NCBI GenBank assembly: GCA_902620285.1
Contig: CACNHT010000005.1
Location: 2,663-66,662 of the forward strand
Source: an uncultured Alphaproteobacteria bacterium
GTDB lineage: Bacteria; Pseudomonadota; Alphaproteobacteria; HIMB59; GCA-002718135
DNA: 64,000 nucleotides
Direction: 5' to 3'
The translations under genes were made by a program, and so were the position numbers. The notes beneath the pieces are model-generated. The model saw nothing but the letters and a program-made list of their open reading frames with translations, was not told the DNA's origin and ran no database searches. Positions 51,493 to 60,104 of this stretch are shown in pieces (position 1 is the stretch's first letter; each line of letters begins with the position of its first letter).

Positions 51493-52048
51493 ACATTCTG
51501 CACTAGAAACAATTTATAAGGTTGGAAAATATTCATCAAGTGAGAAACAATCCCTAACATTTAAAGAATTAAAAAGTTTAGAAATTTTGCAAATTGCTTG
51601 TTGGCCTGACAAAATTGATGAAATGAATAATTTACTATCAAAAGAACTAAAAATTAAAAATATTCCTAGTTTTAATAAAGGGATAATTTTTGAAAATAAA
51701 TCATTATGGAGAATGGAACCTTTGAAATGGTGGCTATTTAATAAAGAAATTGAAATAAGTGAGCAAATCGCAACAATTTTAGACATGTCTCATGCTTTCA
51801 CAGGTATTGAAATTACAGGAGATAATTCATCATTATTTTTAAATAGACATCTTCCAATTGATTTAAGAGCTAGGAATTTTCCAGATTTATCTTCTGCAAG
51901 CACAGCTATTCATCATGTAAGTGTTAAGCTACTTAAAATAACTTCCAATAGCTACTGTCTATATATACCAAGAGGTTTCGCTTTATCAATTTGGGAGATC
52001 CTTCTTGAAACAGCGGATCAGTTTGGATACGAAGTATTAGAGAGATAG
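51485..52048 (+). CDS. soxG: Sarcosine oxidase gamma subunit
   Basis: P..WWL, DMSHA...IEITG, PIDL, PRGFA.S.WE.L; follows soxA. Start moved to ATG 51485. Confidence 0.8.
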   Translation: MHRHSALETIYKVGKYSSSEKQSLTFKELKSLEILQIACWPDKIDEMNNLLSKELKIKNIPSFNKGIIFENKSLWRMEPLKWWLFNKEIEISEQIATILDMSHAFTGIEITGDNSSLFLNRHLPIDLRARNFPDLSSASTAIHHVSVKLLKITSNSYCLYIPRGFALSIWEILLETADQFGYEVLER

Positions 52049-52122
52049 ATAGATTATCTTAGGGTAACAGAAATTGGTTATAAACTAATTACTAATGTAT
52101 TTAGAGATTTGCATATAGTAAA

Positions 52123-52803
52123 TTAATCATTTGCATCGCCACCCCCGGCACCTTTTGCTCTAGACTCCTCTGACTCAGGAACAAAAGTTCTAAAAGCTAT
52201 TTTAGATATTTGATCCCAAGATTTTTTATCAGGATTAATACCCTTAGAGAGCATATTATTTATATTTGATGATGAAATATTAATATCTAATTTTTGTTCA
52301 TTAAAAATTTTCTTTGTGAGTAAAAGATCAAAATTTCTTTGATAATTTGTAGAGATAATTTCTCTATTAACCCTAATATTTTCATTTGTTATTTGTACAT
52401 CAATTTTTTGATCTAACAAAAACTGTGAATAGATATTTTTTTTGGCATACTTATAAAGCAAAGGTATTAGGAATATGGGATCACTACAATTTTTAAAAGT
52501 TAATTTAAAATCATCTCTTTTATCTATTTTTGATACTAAATAATCAATCAATCCCGGGCCTATCACCAAAAAAGATTTATTTTCACAATCAAACTCATCA
52601 TTTATTTTTGACGGATCTATACTGGCATTGAAAGTGTTATCTAATTCTTCAATTTTTAATTTTAATAATTTGATCCCATCCAAACCAAATATTTCAAGCC
52701 ATGTTGTAATAAATGCAGCATCCTCATCTGATCCATAAGTGAACCCTAATCCTGAAAAAGCTCGTTGTGTATTAGTGTAGACTTCATAGTAAGAATAACT
52801 CAC
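52123..52803 (-). CDS. DUF3726-like conserved hypothetical protein
   Basis: N-terminal S..EV....QRAFSGLGF.YG..EDAA....WLE..G and C-terminal RTFVPESEESRAKGAGGG..ND, recognised as the DUF3726 pattern. Start moved to GTG 52803, just after the upstream stop. Confidence 0.7.
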   Translation of the reverse strand: MSYSYYEVYTNTQRAFSGLGFTYGSDEDAAFITTWLEIFGLDGIKLLKLKIEELDNTFNASIDPSKINDEFDCENKSFLVIGPGLIDYLVSKIDKRDDFKLTFKNCSDPIFLIPLLYKYAKKNIYSQFLLDQKIDVQITNENIRVNREIISTNYQRNFDLLLTKKIFNEQKLDINISSSNINNMLSKGINPDKKSWDQISKIAFRTFVPESEESRAKGAGGGDAND

Positions 52804-52808
52804 AGATA

Positions 52809-54473
52809 TTAATCTGTACTCATTGTTGCAAAACCCCATTCATCAACATTTTTATTATTCAGATCTGATAAATAAGGGGCTCCAGAAAAAAAACTTACTC
52901 TTAACCACCTATCTGACTTAGGATCATAACGATTGGCACCAAAAAAAGATAACTTAAATCTTAACATATCAATTGGCATTGTTTTTTTATCAAGAACATT
53001 ATCTTGAACTTCTGAAAAGGGATAATTTTTTAAAGATTGAATTCTCTTAACAATTCCTCTGTATTCTGGATGCATTAACAAAAATTCACAAATTAATTGA
53101 TTTTCATCTACATTTTTAATTTGCTTAAATAAATCATTAACCATTTTTGCAATTCCTAAATTTTGCTCCAATTCACTTCCTTGTTCATTATATCTTTCAC
53201 CTAATCTAGGTTCTAACTTAGCTGCTGAAACATACCAAAATAAATAATTGCTATCTTTATTATTAAAATCAATATTTTTTATCCAAGAATATTTATCATT
53301 GATTATTTTTTTCAAATCTCCAATAGATTGATTTCCATCAATATCCATTATCTCCTCATCTGCCATATCTTCTGCTAACTCTTCTGATATTTGAGGATAT
53401 AATTCAATTAGTTGTACTCTTGCAATTTCCTTAGTATCATTATTAAAATTCGAATCACAATAATTTAGAATATCTAACCATTTAAATTTTTGAGAAAGAT
53501 CTAGGTCATTAATGTAGGAAATATATTTTTTTAAATCTTCAGTAGTTAATTTATTTTTATTAATTTGGAATTCATCACTTGTGTTAACTTCTTCAAGATA
53601 ATTTAGGGCTTTATTCAAAAGTTTTTTATATTTTTCGAAAACTATATTATCTAACTCAATTTGAGAAATTTCTTCTAATGTTTTTGAGTACTGTTTCATC
53701 CACTTATTAATCAACTTTGGATGTTTAATGATAAAAGGTGCCATACCTAAACCTGTTGAATTACCAATACCTAAATGTTGTTTAATTTTTCTATCTAACT
53801 TTACTGCTTTTTTTGGATTAATTTGCCTTGCAACATGTTCAACTAATTCAATACTGAATTCTCTAATTAAATAAACTGATAACATTTCTGCTCTAAAGGG
53901 CTGATTGAAAACAGTTGTATTTTTTGTGTTAGTAAAATCTGATAATCCAAATTTACCACTACCATAAACAGCAGTAGTTCTTAGTAAATATCCAACTTTA
54001 TTTATTTCATAAATATCTGGCTGATTACCATTTGAAAGACAATCGACAACATACTGAAACAATCTTACACTTTTATTTGCTCTGCTAAGAATTAATTCAT
54101 TTGGAGAATTACGACCTGATTCTTGAAGGGGAATTGTTTTTTTTAATCTATTTAGATCTTGATCAGATAATTTACCTACATGTAACGTATAGGCTGTATC
54201 CCATTTACTAGCGATAACTCTATCACTTCTATCCTTATCATCTAGAAAAGCAGAGAAACATACAAGTGAATAAGTTTGTTTATTAATAATTATTTCATAA
54301 ACAACCGTACCGAAACCATCTTTATCTAAATCAAATTTTGATTTATGTATTGCCCAGTTGTCGTTAATTAATCTTCTTAACATACTTCTGGAAAAACTAA
54401 GACGAGAAGGGTAGCGTGAACCCATTCTTGATAGTTTCATGTAGCTATCGTTTTCTCTTACTTTTTGTAACAT
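52809..54473 (-). CDS. Conserved hypothetical protein (554 aa), typical partner of DUF3726 and an M19 dipeptidase
   Basis: Long ORF with conserved-looking motifs RLSF.RS, RSDRVIA..WD, SRANKSVRLF, GYL.RTTAVYGSGKFG, LGIGNSTGLGMAPF, FWYVS..KLEPRLG, KLSFFGA.RYDPKSDRW.R. Confidence 0.75.
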   Translation of the reverse strand: MLQKVRENDSYMKLSRMGSRYPSRLSFSRSMLRRLINDNWAIHKSKFDLDKDGFGTVVYEIIINKQTYSLVCFSAFLDDKDRSDRVIASKWDTAYTLHVGKLSDQDLNRLKKTIPLQESGRNSPNELILSRANKSVRLFQYVVDCLSNGNQPDIYEINKVGYLLRTTAVYGSGKFGLSDFTNTKNTTVFNQPFRAEMLSVYLIREFSIELVEHVARQINPKKAVKLDRKIKQHLGIGNSTGLGMAPFIIKHPKLINKWMKQYSKTLEEISQIELDNIVFEKYKKLLNKALNYLEEVNTSDEFQINKNKLTTEDLKKYISYINDLDLSQKFKWLDILNYCDSNFNNDTKEIARVQLIELYPQISEELAEDMADEEIMDIDGNQSIGDLKKIINDKYSWIKNIDFNNKDSNYLFWYVSAAKLEPRLGERYNEQGSELEQNLGIAKMVNDLFKQIKNVDENQLICEFLLMHPEYRGIVKRIQSLKNYPFSEVQDNVLDKKTMPIDMLRFKLSFFGANRYDPKSDRWLRVSFFSGAPYLSDLNNKNVDEWGFATMSTD

Positions 54474-54527
54474 TTATTAAATATCTATAGTTAATTTTGG
54501 TTTTTTCATTAATAGAAGTATTAATCT

Positions 54528-55514
54528 ATGTCAAAAATAAGTGAAGATATACTTCTAATTGATGGATTGGAATATTGTAACTGGAATAGGGAATTATTTG
54601 AAAATGCCCACCAAGCTGGATTAACTGCAATCCATGCGACATTAGTGTATTGGGAAAATACTGAAGAGTCTTTCGAAAAAATAAATGATTGGCAACGTCT
54701 TTTTAAAGATCATCATGACATTATTGCTCACGCAAAAACTTCAGAGGATATTTTGGATGCAAAAAAAAATAATAAAGTTGCAATTATTTTTGGTTTTCAA
54801 AATTCTGCTCCAATTGCCAACGATATATTTTTAATTGAAAAATTTTTTGAAGCAGGTGTGAGATTTATGCAACTCACCTATAATAATCAAACTCCGCTTG
54901 CTGGAGGATGCTTTGAACCTAAAGACTCTGGTGTTTCACGATTTGGAAAAGCTGTTATTGAAGAAATGAATAGACTTGGCATGATTGTAGATTTAAGTCA
55001 TGCAGGAAAGCAAACTTGTCTTGATGCTATTGAAGTCTCAAATAAACCTGTGGCAATTTCTCATGCTAATCCAAATTTCTTTCATAAATCTAAAAGAAAC
55101 ATTGATACTGATATTTTACAAAAACTTGTTAAAAAAAATGGTTTTATTGGGTTAAGTTTATATCCTTACCATCTTAAAAATTTAGGTGATTGTACAATAG
55201 AAGATTTTTGTGAAATGATTAAGGAACTAGTAAACCTAATTGGTGAAGACAATATTGGAATAGGGTCTGATCTTTGTTTAAATTGGCCTGATGATGTAGT
55301 TATGTGGATGAGAAATGGAAAGTGGACAAAAAATATCGACTATGGAGAATCTAAAGATAAAAATCCAAAATGGCCTAAGTTACCAAGTTGGTATAAGCAA
55401 CCAAGTGACTTAAATAATTTATTTTTTTTAATGTGTGAAAATAATATTCCAGAAAAAGTTTCTACGAAAATAATAGGTCAGAATTGGTTTAACTTCATGC
55501 AAAATCAATTTTAG
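54528..55514 (+). CDS. Membrane (renal) dipeptidase family M19 amidohydrolase, atypical subfamily
   Basis: GFQN, MQLTYN, EMNRLGMIVDLSHAG, ISHANP, KRN, GIGSD; the N-terminal HxD is replaced by IDGLEY. Confidence 0.85.
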   Translation: MSKISEDILLIDGLEYCNWNRELFENAHQAGLTAIHATLVYWENTEESFEKINDWQRLFKDHHDIIAHAKTSEDILDAKKNNKVAIIFGFQNSAPIANDIFLIEKFFEAGVRFMQLTYNNQTPLAGGCFEPKDSGVSRFGKAVIEEMNRLGMIVDLSHAGKQTCLDAIEVSNKPVAISHANPNFFHKSKRNIDTDILQKLVKKNGFIGLSLYPYHLKNLGDCTIEDFCEMIKELVNLIGEDNIGIGSDLCLNWPDDVVMWMRNGKWTKNIDYGESKDKNPKWPKLPSWYKQPSDLNNLFFLMCENNIPEKVSTKIIGQNWFNFMQNQF

Positions 55515-56374
55515 TTTCTACGACTAATAAAAGAAGCTGATAGCAAACTTATTATTACAATCGAAGCACCAATCATTTGATAAGTTTCTAAATTTTCTTT
55601 TAATAAAAAAACAGCCCCAAGAACACCTACCACTGGTTCTAAATACAAAAATAAAGCAGTATATGATTGTCCAATCTTTGGGATAGCAATTAATTGTGAT
55701 AAAAGTGCAAAGCTATAACATACCGAAGGAATTAAAATTAAAAGATAAATACTGATATCAAAATTAAAATTTAAAGAAAAAAATATTTTTAATATTACAA
55801 AGAAGAAAAAAGTATTAAAAACATTTATAAAGATATTAATTGGTATTGGTGAAATACCTTTAATAGACATTTTTTGATTTACTATAATCATACTAGTTGA
55901 TCCCAGTGAGGCAAGAAAAGCTAAAAGAATACCTACTATATTTATGACTTTAAAAGACGGTCCTATAACTAAAATAATTCCTAGAAACGTAACAAAAAAG
56001 AGAATCTTTACAGTTAATGAAATTTTTTCTTTATCGACAATAATAGAAAATAAAAGAACATATATTGGATAGAGGCAAAAAATAAGAATTGTTAAACTAA
56101 CTTCAATAAATATAACTGAAGTCAATAACCCGAGTGTTAATAATATAGAACCAGCTGATATAGATAAAAAGTATTTTAGGTTCTTTGTAAAAATTTCTAA
56201 TAGATTCTTTTGATAAGGGATAAAAGGTAATATAATTATCGATGCAACTGCGTAACGTAAAAAAATAGTTAATGCTACAGAGGCGCCTGAATTATATGCT
56301 ATTTTTGTAGTAGGGCCAATTAAGCCAAACAGAATTCCAGCAACTAAAGCAAAAATTACTCCAAATATGAACAT
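55511..56374 (-). CDS. DMT/EamA-family transporter
   Basis: 287 aa, about 10 TM helices in two repeats, LRY, YP, YLEPV.G motifs. Confidence 0.85.
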   Translation of the reverse strand: MFIFGVIFALVAGILFGLIGPTTKIAYNSGASVALTIFLRYAVASIIILPFIPYQKNLLEIFTKNLKYFLSISAGSILLTLGLLTSVIFIEVSLTILIFCLYPIYVLLFSIIVDKEKISLTVKILFFVTFLGIILVIGPSFKVINIVGILLAFLASLGSTSMIIVNQKMSIKGISPIPINIFINVFNTFFFFVILKIFFSLNFNFDISIYLLILIPSVCYSFALLSQLIAIPKIGQSYTALFLYLEPVVGVLGAVFLLKENLETYQMIGASIVIISLLSASFISRRN

Positions 56375-56439
56375 TTTTTAAATTAACTTTTGACTATTTG
56401 TTTTCATGCAGTTATTCAAGCTTCATTACAAAATATATT

Positions 56440-57528
56440 ATGAATGACACATCTCAAAGTTTCGTAAAATTTGAAAAGATAGATAAAAGTTATGATGGAG
56501 AAGTACTAGTAGTAAAAAACTTAAACTTGAATATTGCTAAGGGTGAGTTTGTAACAATGTTGGGTCCATCAGGATCGGGTAAAACAACAACTTTGATGAT
56601 GTTAGCTGGTTTTGAAACACCTACAAACGGTGAAATATTTTTAGATACTAAACCAATAAGTAAAATACCTCCGTATGAAAGAGAAATTGGAATGGTATTT
56701 CAAAACTATGCTTTATTTCCTCATATGACTGTTGCGGAAAATTTATCATTCCCTCTAGAAGTAAGAAAAATTTCAAAACCAGATATTAAAGAAAAAGTTC
56801 AGAAAGCTCTTGATATGGTTGAGTTAGGTAATTTTGGTACAAGATTTCCAGCTCAATTATCTGGTGGACAACAGCAAAGAGTCGCTTTGGCTAGAGCACT
56901 GGTATTTGAACCACGTCTAGTATTAATGGATGAGCCTTTAGGTGCACTCGATAAGAATTTACGCGAACAGATGCAATACGAAATAAAACATATTCATGAT
57001 AGGATTGGTATAACAGTTGTCTATGTTACTCATGATCAAAGTGAAGCATTAACAATGTCCAATAGAATTGCAGTATTCAATGATGGAGTTGTACAACAAT
57101 TGTCTACACCTGATATCTTGTATGAAAAACCTGAAAATTCTTTTGTTGCAAAATTTATAGGTGAAAATAATACACTTAATGGTGTTGTAAGGGAAGTGAA
57201 TGGATCATCATGTACTGTTGAATTGGATGGAGGTTTTGGAATGGTGAAAGCATTAAAAATTAATGTGAATGAAGTTGGAGAAAAAACCCAACTATCTATT
57301 AGACCAGAACGTGTTTCAATTGATAAAACAACATCTGACTCCAACAATTTTTCAGGTAAAATTGAAGAACTAATTTACCTAGGCGATCACATTAGAGCTA
57401 GGCTTGATGTTTGTGGTAATAAAGATTTTATAGTCAAGGTTCCAAATGAGGGAAGTTTTAATCATAAAGAGGGTGATGAACTTAAATTAAGCTGGAATTC
57501 TGAAGATGTTCGAGCATTAGATCTGTAA
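56440..57528 (+). CDS. ABC transporter ATP-binding protein (PotA family)
   Basis: GPSGSGKTT, VFQNYALFPHM, LSGGQQQRVALARA, DEPLGALD, TOBE tail. Start moved to ATG 56440. Confidence 0.95.
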   Translation: MNDTSQSFVKFEKIDKSYDGEVLVVKNLNLNIAKGEFVTMLGPSGSGKTTTLMMLAGFETPTNGEIFLDTKPISKIPPYEREIGMVFQNYALFPHMTVAENLSFPLEVRKISKPDIKEKVQKALDMVELGNFGTRFPAQLSGGQQQRVALARALVFEPRLVLMDEPLGALDKNLREQMQYEIKHIHDRIGITVVYVTHDQSEALTMSNRIAVFNDGVVQQLSTPDILYEKPENSFVAKFIGENNTLNGVVREVNGSSCTVELDGGFGMVKALKINVNEVGEKTQLSIRPERVSIDKTTSDSNNFSGKIEELIYLGDHIRARLDVCGNKDFIVKVPNEGSFNHKEGDELKLSWNSEDVRALDL

Positions 57529-57620
57529 TTATACTTTTTTCTTTATATTTAGCCAAAATTTTTTACTTTTACCCCTTTTTTTTCATTTAACGACATGTTA
57601 TTACACAACCATTACAGACA

Positions 57621-57634
57621 TAATCTTAAGATTA
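57621..57634. promoter_or_regulatory. Perfect 14-bp palindrome upstream of the SBP gene (putative operator)
   Basis: TAATCTT|AAGATTA, 25 nt before the ATG, within a 131-bp intra-operon spacer. Confidence 0.35.
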
Positions 57635-57659
57635 ATTAATAAAAAATAGGAGGATATAT

Positions 57660-58763
57660 ATGTCTAAATTTTTAAAAGCCTTCTTATTTGTGTCACTTGT
57701 ATTTGCTCCTTTTGCAGCTAGCGCTGTAACGGTTGCTTCATGGGGTGGTGCTTATACAGAAAGTCAACAAAAAGCTTATGCTGATACATATTCTGATCCT
57801 AGCTCAATTGTCTTTGAAAACTACAACGGAGGTTTAGGTGAAGTAAGAGCTCAAGTAGAAAGTGGAAGTGTTACTTGGGATTTAGTAGATGTATTACCAT
57901 CTGATGCAATCACAGGTTGTGATGAAGGTCTATTTGAAGATATTTCTTCTGAAATTGCTGAATTATCAACTCCAGGCCCTGACGGTGAATCAATGTTAGA
58001 AGATATGGAAAATAATGGTCTTGAATACCACTCTGGTTGGGACTGTTGTGTACCACAAATCTTTTGGACATACGTTGTATTTTATGACCCAGATGCATTC
58101 CCTGGAGAGAAGCCTGACAGTATGGCAGACTTTTTTGATACAGAAAAATTTCCTGGCAAAAGAGGTATTCATACTTGGGCAACAGGTATAATCGAAAAAG
58201 CAATGGTAGCAGATGGAGTAAGTCCAAATGCAGTTCCTACAGTTTTAGCTAACCAAACAGGTGCTATTGATAGAGCATTTGAAGTTATGGACAGAATTAA
58301 GGACGATGTTGTTTTCTGGTCTGCTGGTTCACAACCACTTGAGTTAGTAAAAAGTGGTGAAGTTATTATGGCTATTGCATATAACGGTCGTGTAGGTGCA
58401 GCAAACTTAGCTGAAGGTGAAAACTTTGAGTATATTTGGGAAGGTCAGGTTTTAGACCAAGAGTATCTTTGTCTAACTGCTGGAGCTCCTAATAGAGATG
58501 CAGCTATTGACTTTATGATGCATGCTTCAACTCCTGAAGCTCAAGCTGAACAAGCTAAATATATTACATATGGACCAATGAGAGCATCTGGTATTCCAAT
58601 CATTGAAAACAATGAGCCTTGGGGACCAGGAGGTGTTGATATTATGCCTCATATGCCCAACACACCAGAACGTTTAAAAGTTTCAATCGTGAGTGATCCA
58701 CAATGGTGGTCAGATTACGGTGCAGAAATTAACGAGCGTTATGCTGCATGGATGGGTAACTAA
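57660..58763 (+). CDS. ABC transporter substrate-binding protein (PotD/PotF-like)
   Basis: Signal peptide ending ASA, then VTVASWGGAYTESQ, WDLVD, FFDTEKFPGKRG, AYNGR; strong AGGAGG SD; acidic mature protein. Confidence 0.92.
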   Translation: MSKFLKAFLFVSLVFAPFAASAVTVASWGGAYTESQQKAYADTYSDPSSIVFENYNGGLGEVRAQVESGSVTWDLVDVLPSDAITGCDEGLFEDISSEIAELSTPGPDGESMLEDMENNGLEYHSGWDCCVPQIFWTYVVFYDPDAFPGEKPDSMADFFDTEKFPGKRGIHTWATGIIEKAMVADGVSPNAVPTVLANQTGAIDRAFEVMDRIKDDVVFWSAGSQPLELVKSGEVIMAIAYNGRVGAANLAEGENFEYIWEGQVLDQEYLCLTAGAPNRDAAIDFMMHASTPEAQAEQAKYITYGPMRASGIPIIENNEPWGPGGVDIMPHMPNTPERLKVSIVSDPQWWSDYGAEINERYAAWMGN

Positions 58764-58794
58764 GCTTGATAAATTAAAATTTGTAATTTAATCT

Positions 58795-58820
58795 AAAGGC
58801 GAGAATTATCTCGCCTTTTT
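58795..58820 (+). terminator. Intrinsic terminator-like / mRNA-stabilising hairpin after the SBP gene
   Basis: AAAGGCGAGA-atta-TCTCGCCTTT followed by TT. Confidence 0.75.
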
Positions 58821-58822
58821 AT

Positions 58823-60100
58823 TTGGAGGTTACTATTTCTACAGCTGAATTATTAACTACTGACGGTATCCCACTTAAACAAAGTCTTCGCAAAGCTGAA
58901 AGAAGAAATAAACTTCGAGCTTTTCTTCTAGTTTTTCCTTTACTTCTTTTTATTATTGTTACTTTTGTAATGCCAATCGGAGATATGCTTCTGAGGAGTG
59001 TTGACGATAGCCAAATTAATTCAGTTTTTCCCAATACTTTTGAAGAATACAAAAACTGGGATAAAGGAGCCGACGAACTACCTCCAGAAGAAGTATATAA
59101 AAGTCTTTTTTTCGAACTAGCCAATGGAGACAAAAGGCAGATAGGTAAAGCTTTAACAAGAATGAATTATGCTAAATCTGGTTGGAAAAGTTTAATAAAA
59201 AAAACAACTAGAGAAATAAAAAAAATTGTAAAAAAGGGTGAAGAGCCTGTTTCGTACAAAGATACATTTATAAAAATAAATAAGTTTTGGGGTGATCCAA
59301 CTTACTGGTACTCTTTTAACCAAATGGTAAATGATAGATCTTCAATTTATTATTGGAACGCACTTGATAGAACATTTGATGAAGATGGAGATGTTGTTCT
59401 ACAAGATGAAAAAAGAAGAATGTATATAAAAACTTGGCTTAGAACTTTTAAGGTAAGTGTATATGTTACAATTTTTTGCTTAATTCTTGGTTTTCCGGTT
59501 GCTCATCTATTAGCTAATCTACCTCTTAGATACAGTAATCTTTTAATGATTTTTGTATTATTACCCTTTTGGACTTCCTTACTTGTGAGAACAACAGCAT
59601 GGATTGTAATGCTTCAACAAAATGGCGTTATCAATGGAATACTAGTTTGGTTAGGTGTTATAAGCGATGATGGTCGTATTCAAATGGTTTACAATGAGGC
59701 TGGAACTTTAATTGCTATGACTCAAATTTTATTACCATTTATGATTTTACCTTTGTATAGCGTAATGAGAGTAATTCCTAAAAGTCATATGAGAGCAGCT
59801 CAAAACTTAGGCGCTAAACCTGCAATGGCATTTTGGCGTGTTTACTTGCCACAGACTATTCCTGGAATAAGTGCTGGAGGTTTATTAGTATTTGTTCTTG
59901 CAATTGGATATTTTATAACCCCTGAATTAGTTGGAGGAAAAGATGGTAAATTAATTGGAAGTTGGATAGCATACCATTTAAAAACTACACTCAATTGGGG
60001 ATTGTGTGCTGCTCTTGGAGGTATACTTCTTGGTATAATGCTGATCTTCTATTGGCTTTACAATAAAATTGTTGGAATAGACAACATAAAGTTAGGATAA
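58823..60100 (+). CDS. ABC transporter permease (PotB family, large periplasmic loop)
   Basis: LPFWTSLLVRTTAW, LPFMILPLY, AAQNLGA (EAA loop), GYFITPELVGG. True start is possibly ATT 58835. Confidence 0.93.
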   Translation: MEVTISTAELLTTDGIPLKQSLRKAERRNKLRAFLLVFPLLLFIIVTFVMPIGDMLLRSVDDSQINSVFPNTFEEYKNWDKGADELPPEEVYKSLFFELANGDKRQIGKALTRMNYAKSGWKSLIKKTTREIKKIVKKGEEPVSYKDTFIKINKFWGDPTYWYSFNQMVNDRSSIYYWNALDRTFDEDGDVVLQDEKRRMYIKTWLRTFKVSVYVTIFCLILGFPVAHLLANLPLRYSNLLMIFVLLPFWTSLLVRTTAWIVMLQQNGVINGILVWLGVISDDGRIQMVYNEAGTLIAMTQILLPFMILPLYSVMRVIPKSHMRAAQNLGAKPAMAFWRVYLPQTIPGISAGGLLVFVLAIGYFITPELVGGKDGKLIGSWIAYHLKTTLNWGLCAALGGILLGIMLIFYWLYNKIVGIDNIKLG

Positions 60101-60104
60101 TAAT

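Noticed and set aside
53950-53975. Walker A-like AVYGSGKF in the 554-aa hypothetical protein
   Set aside because: It lacks the S/T after GK and no Walker B is evident, so it is treated only as a Gly-rich conserved loop.
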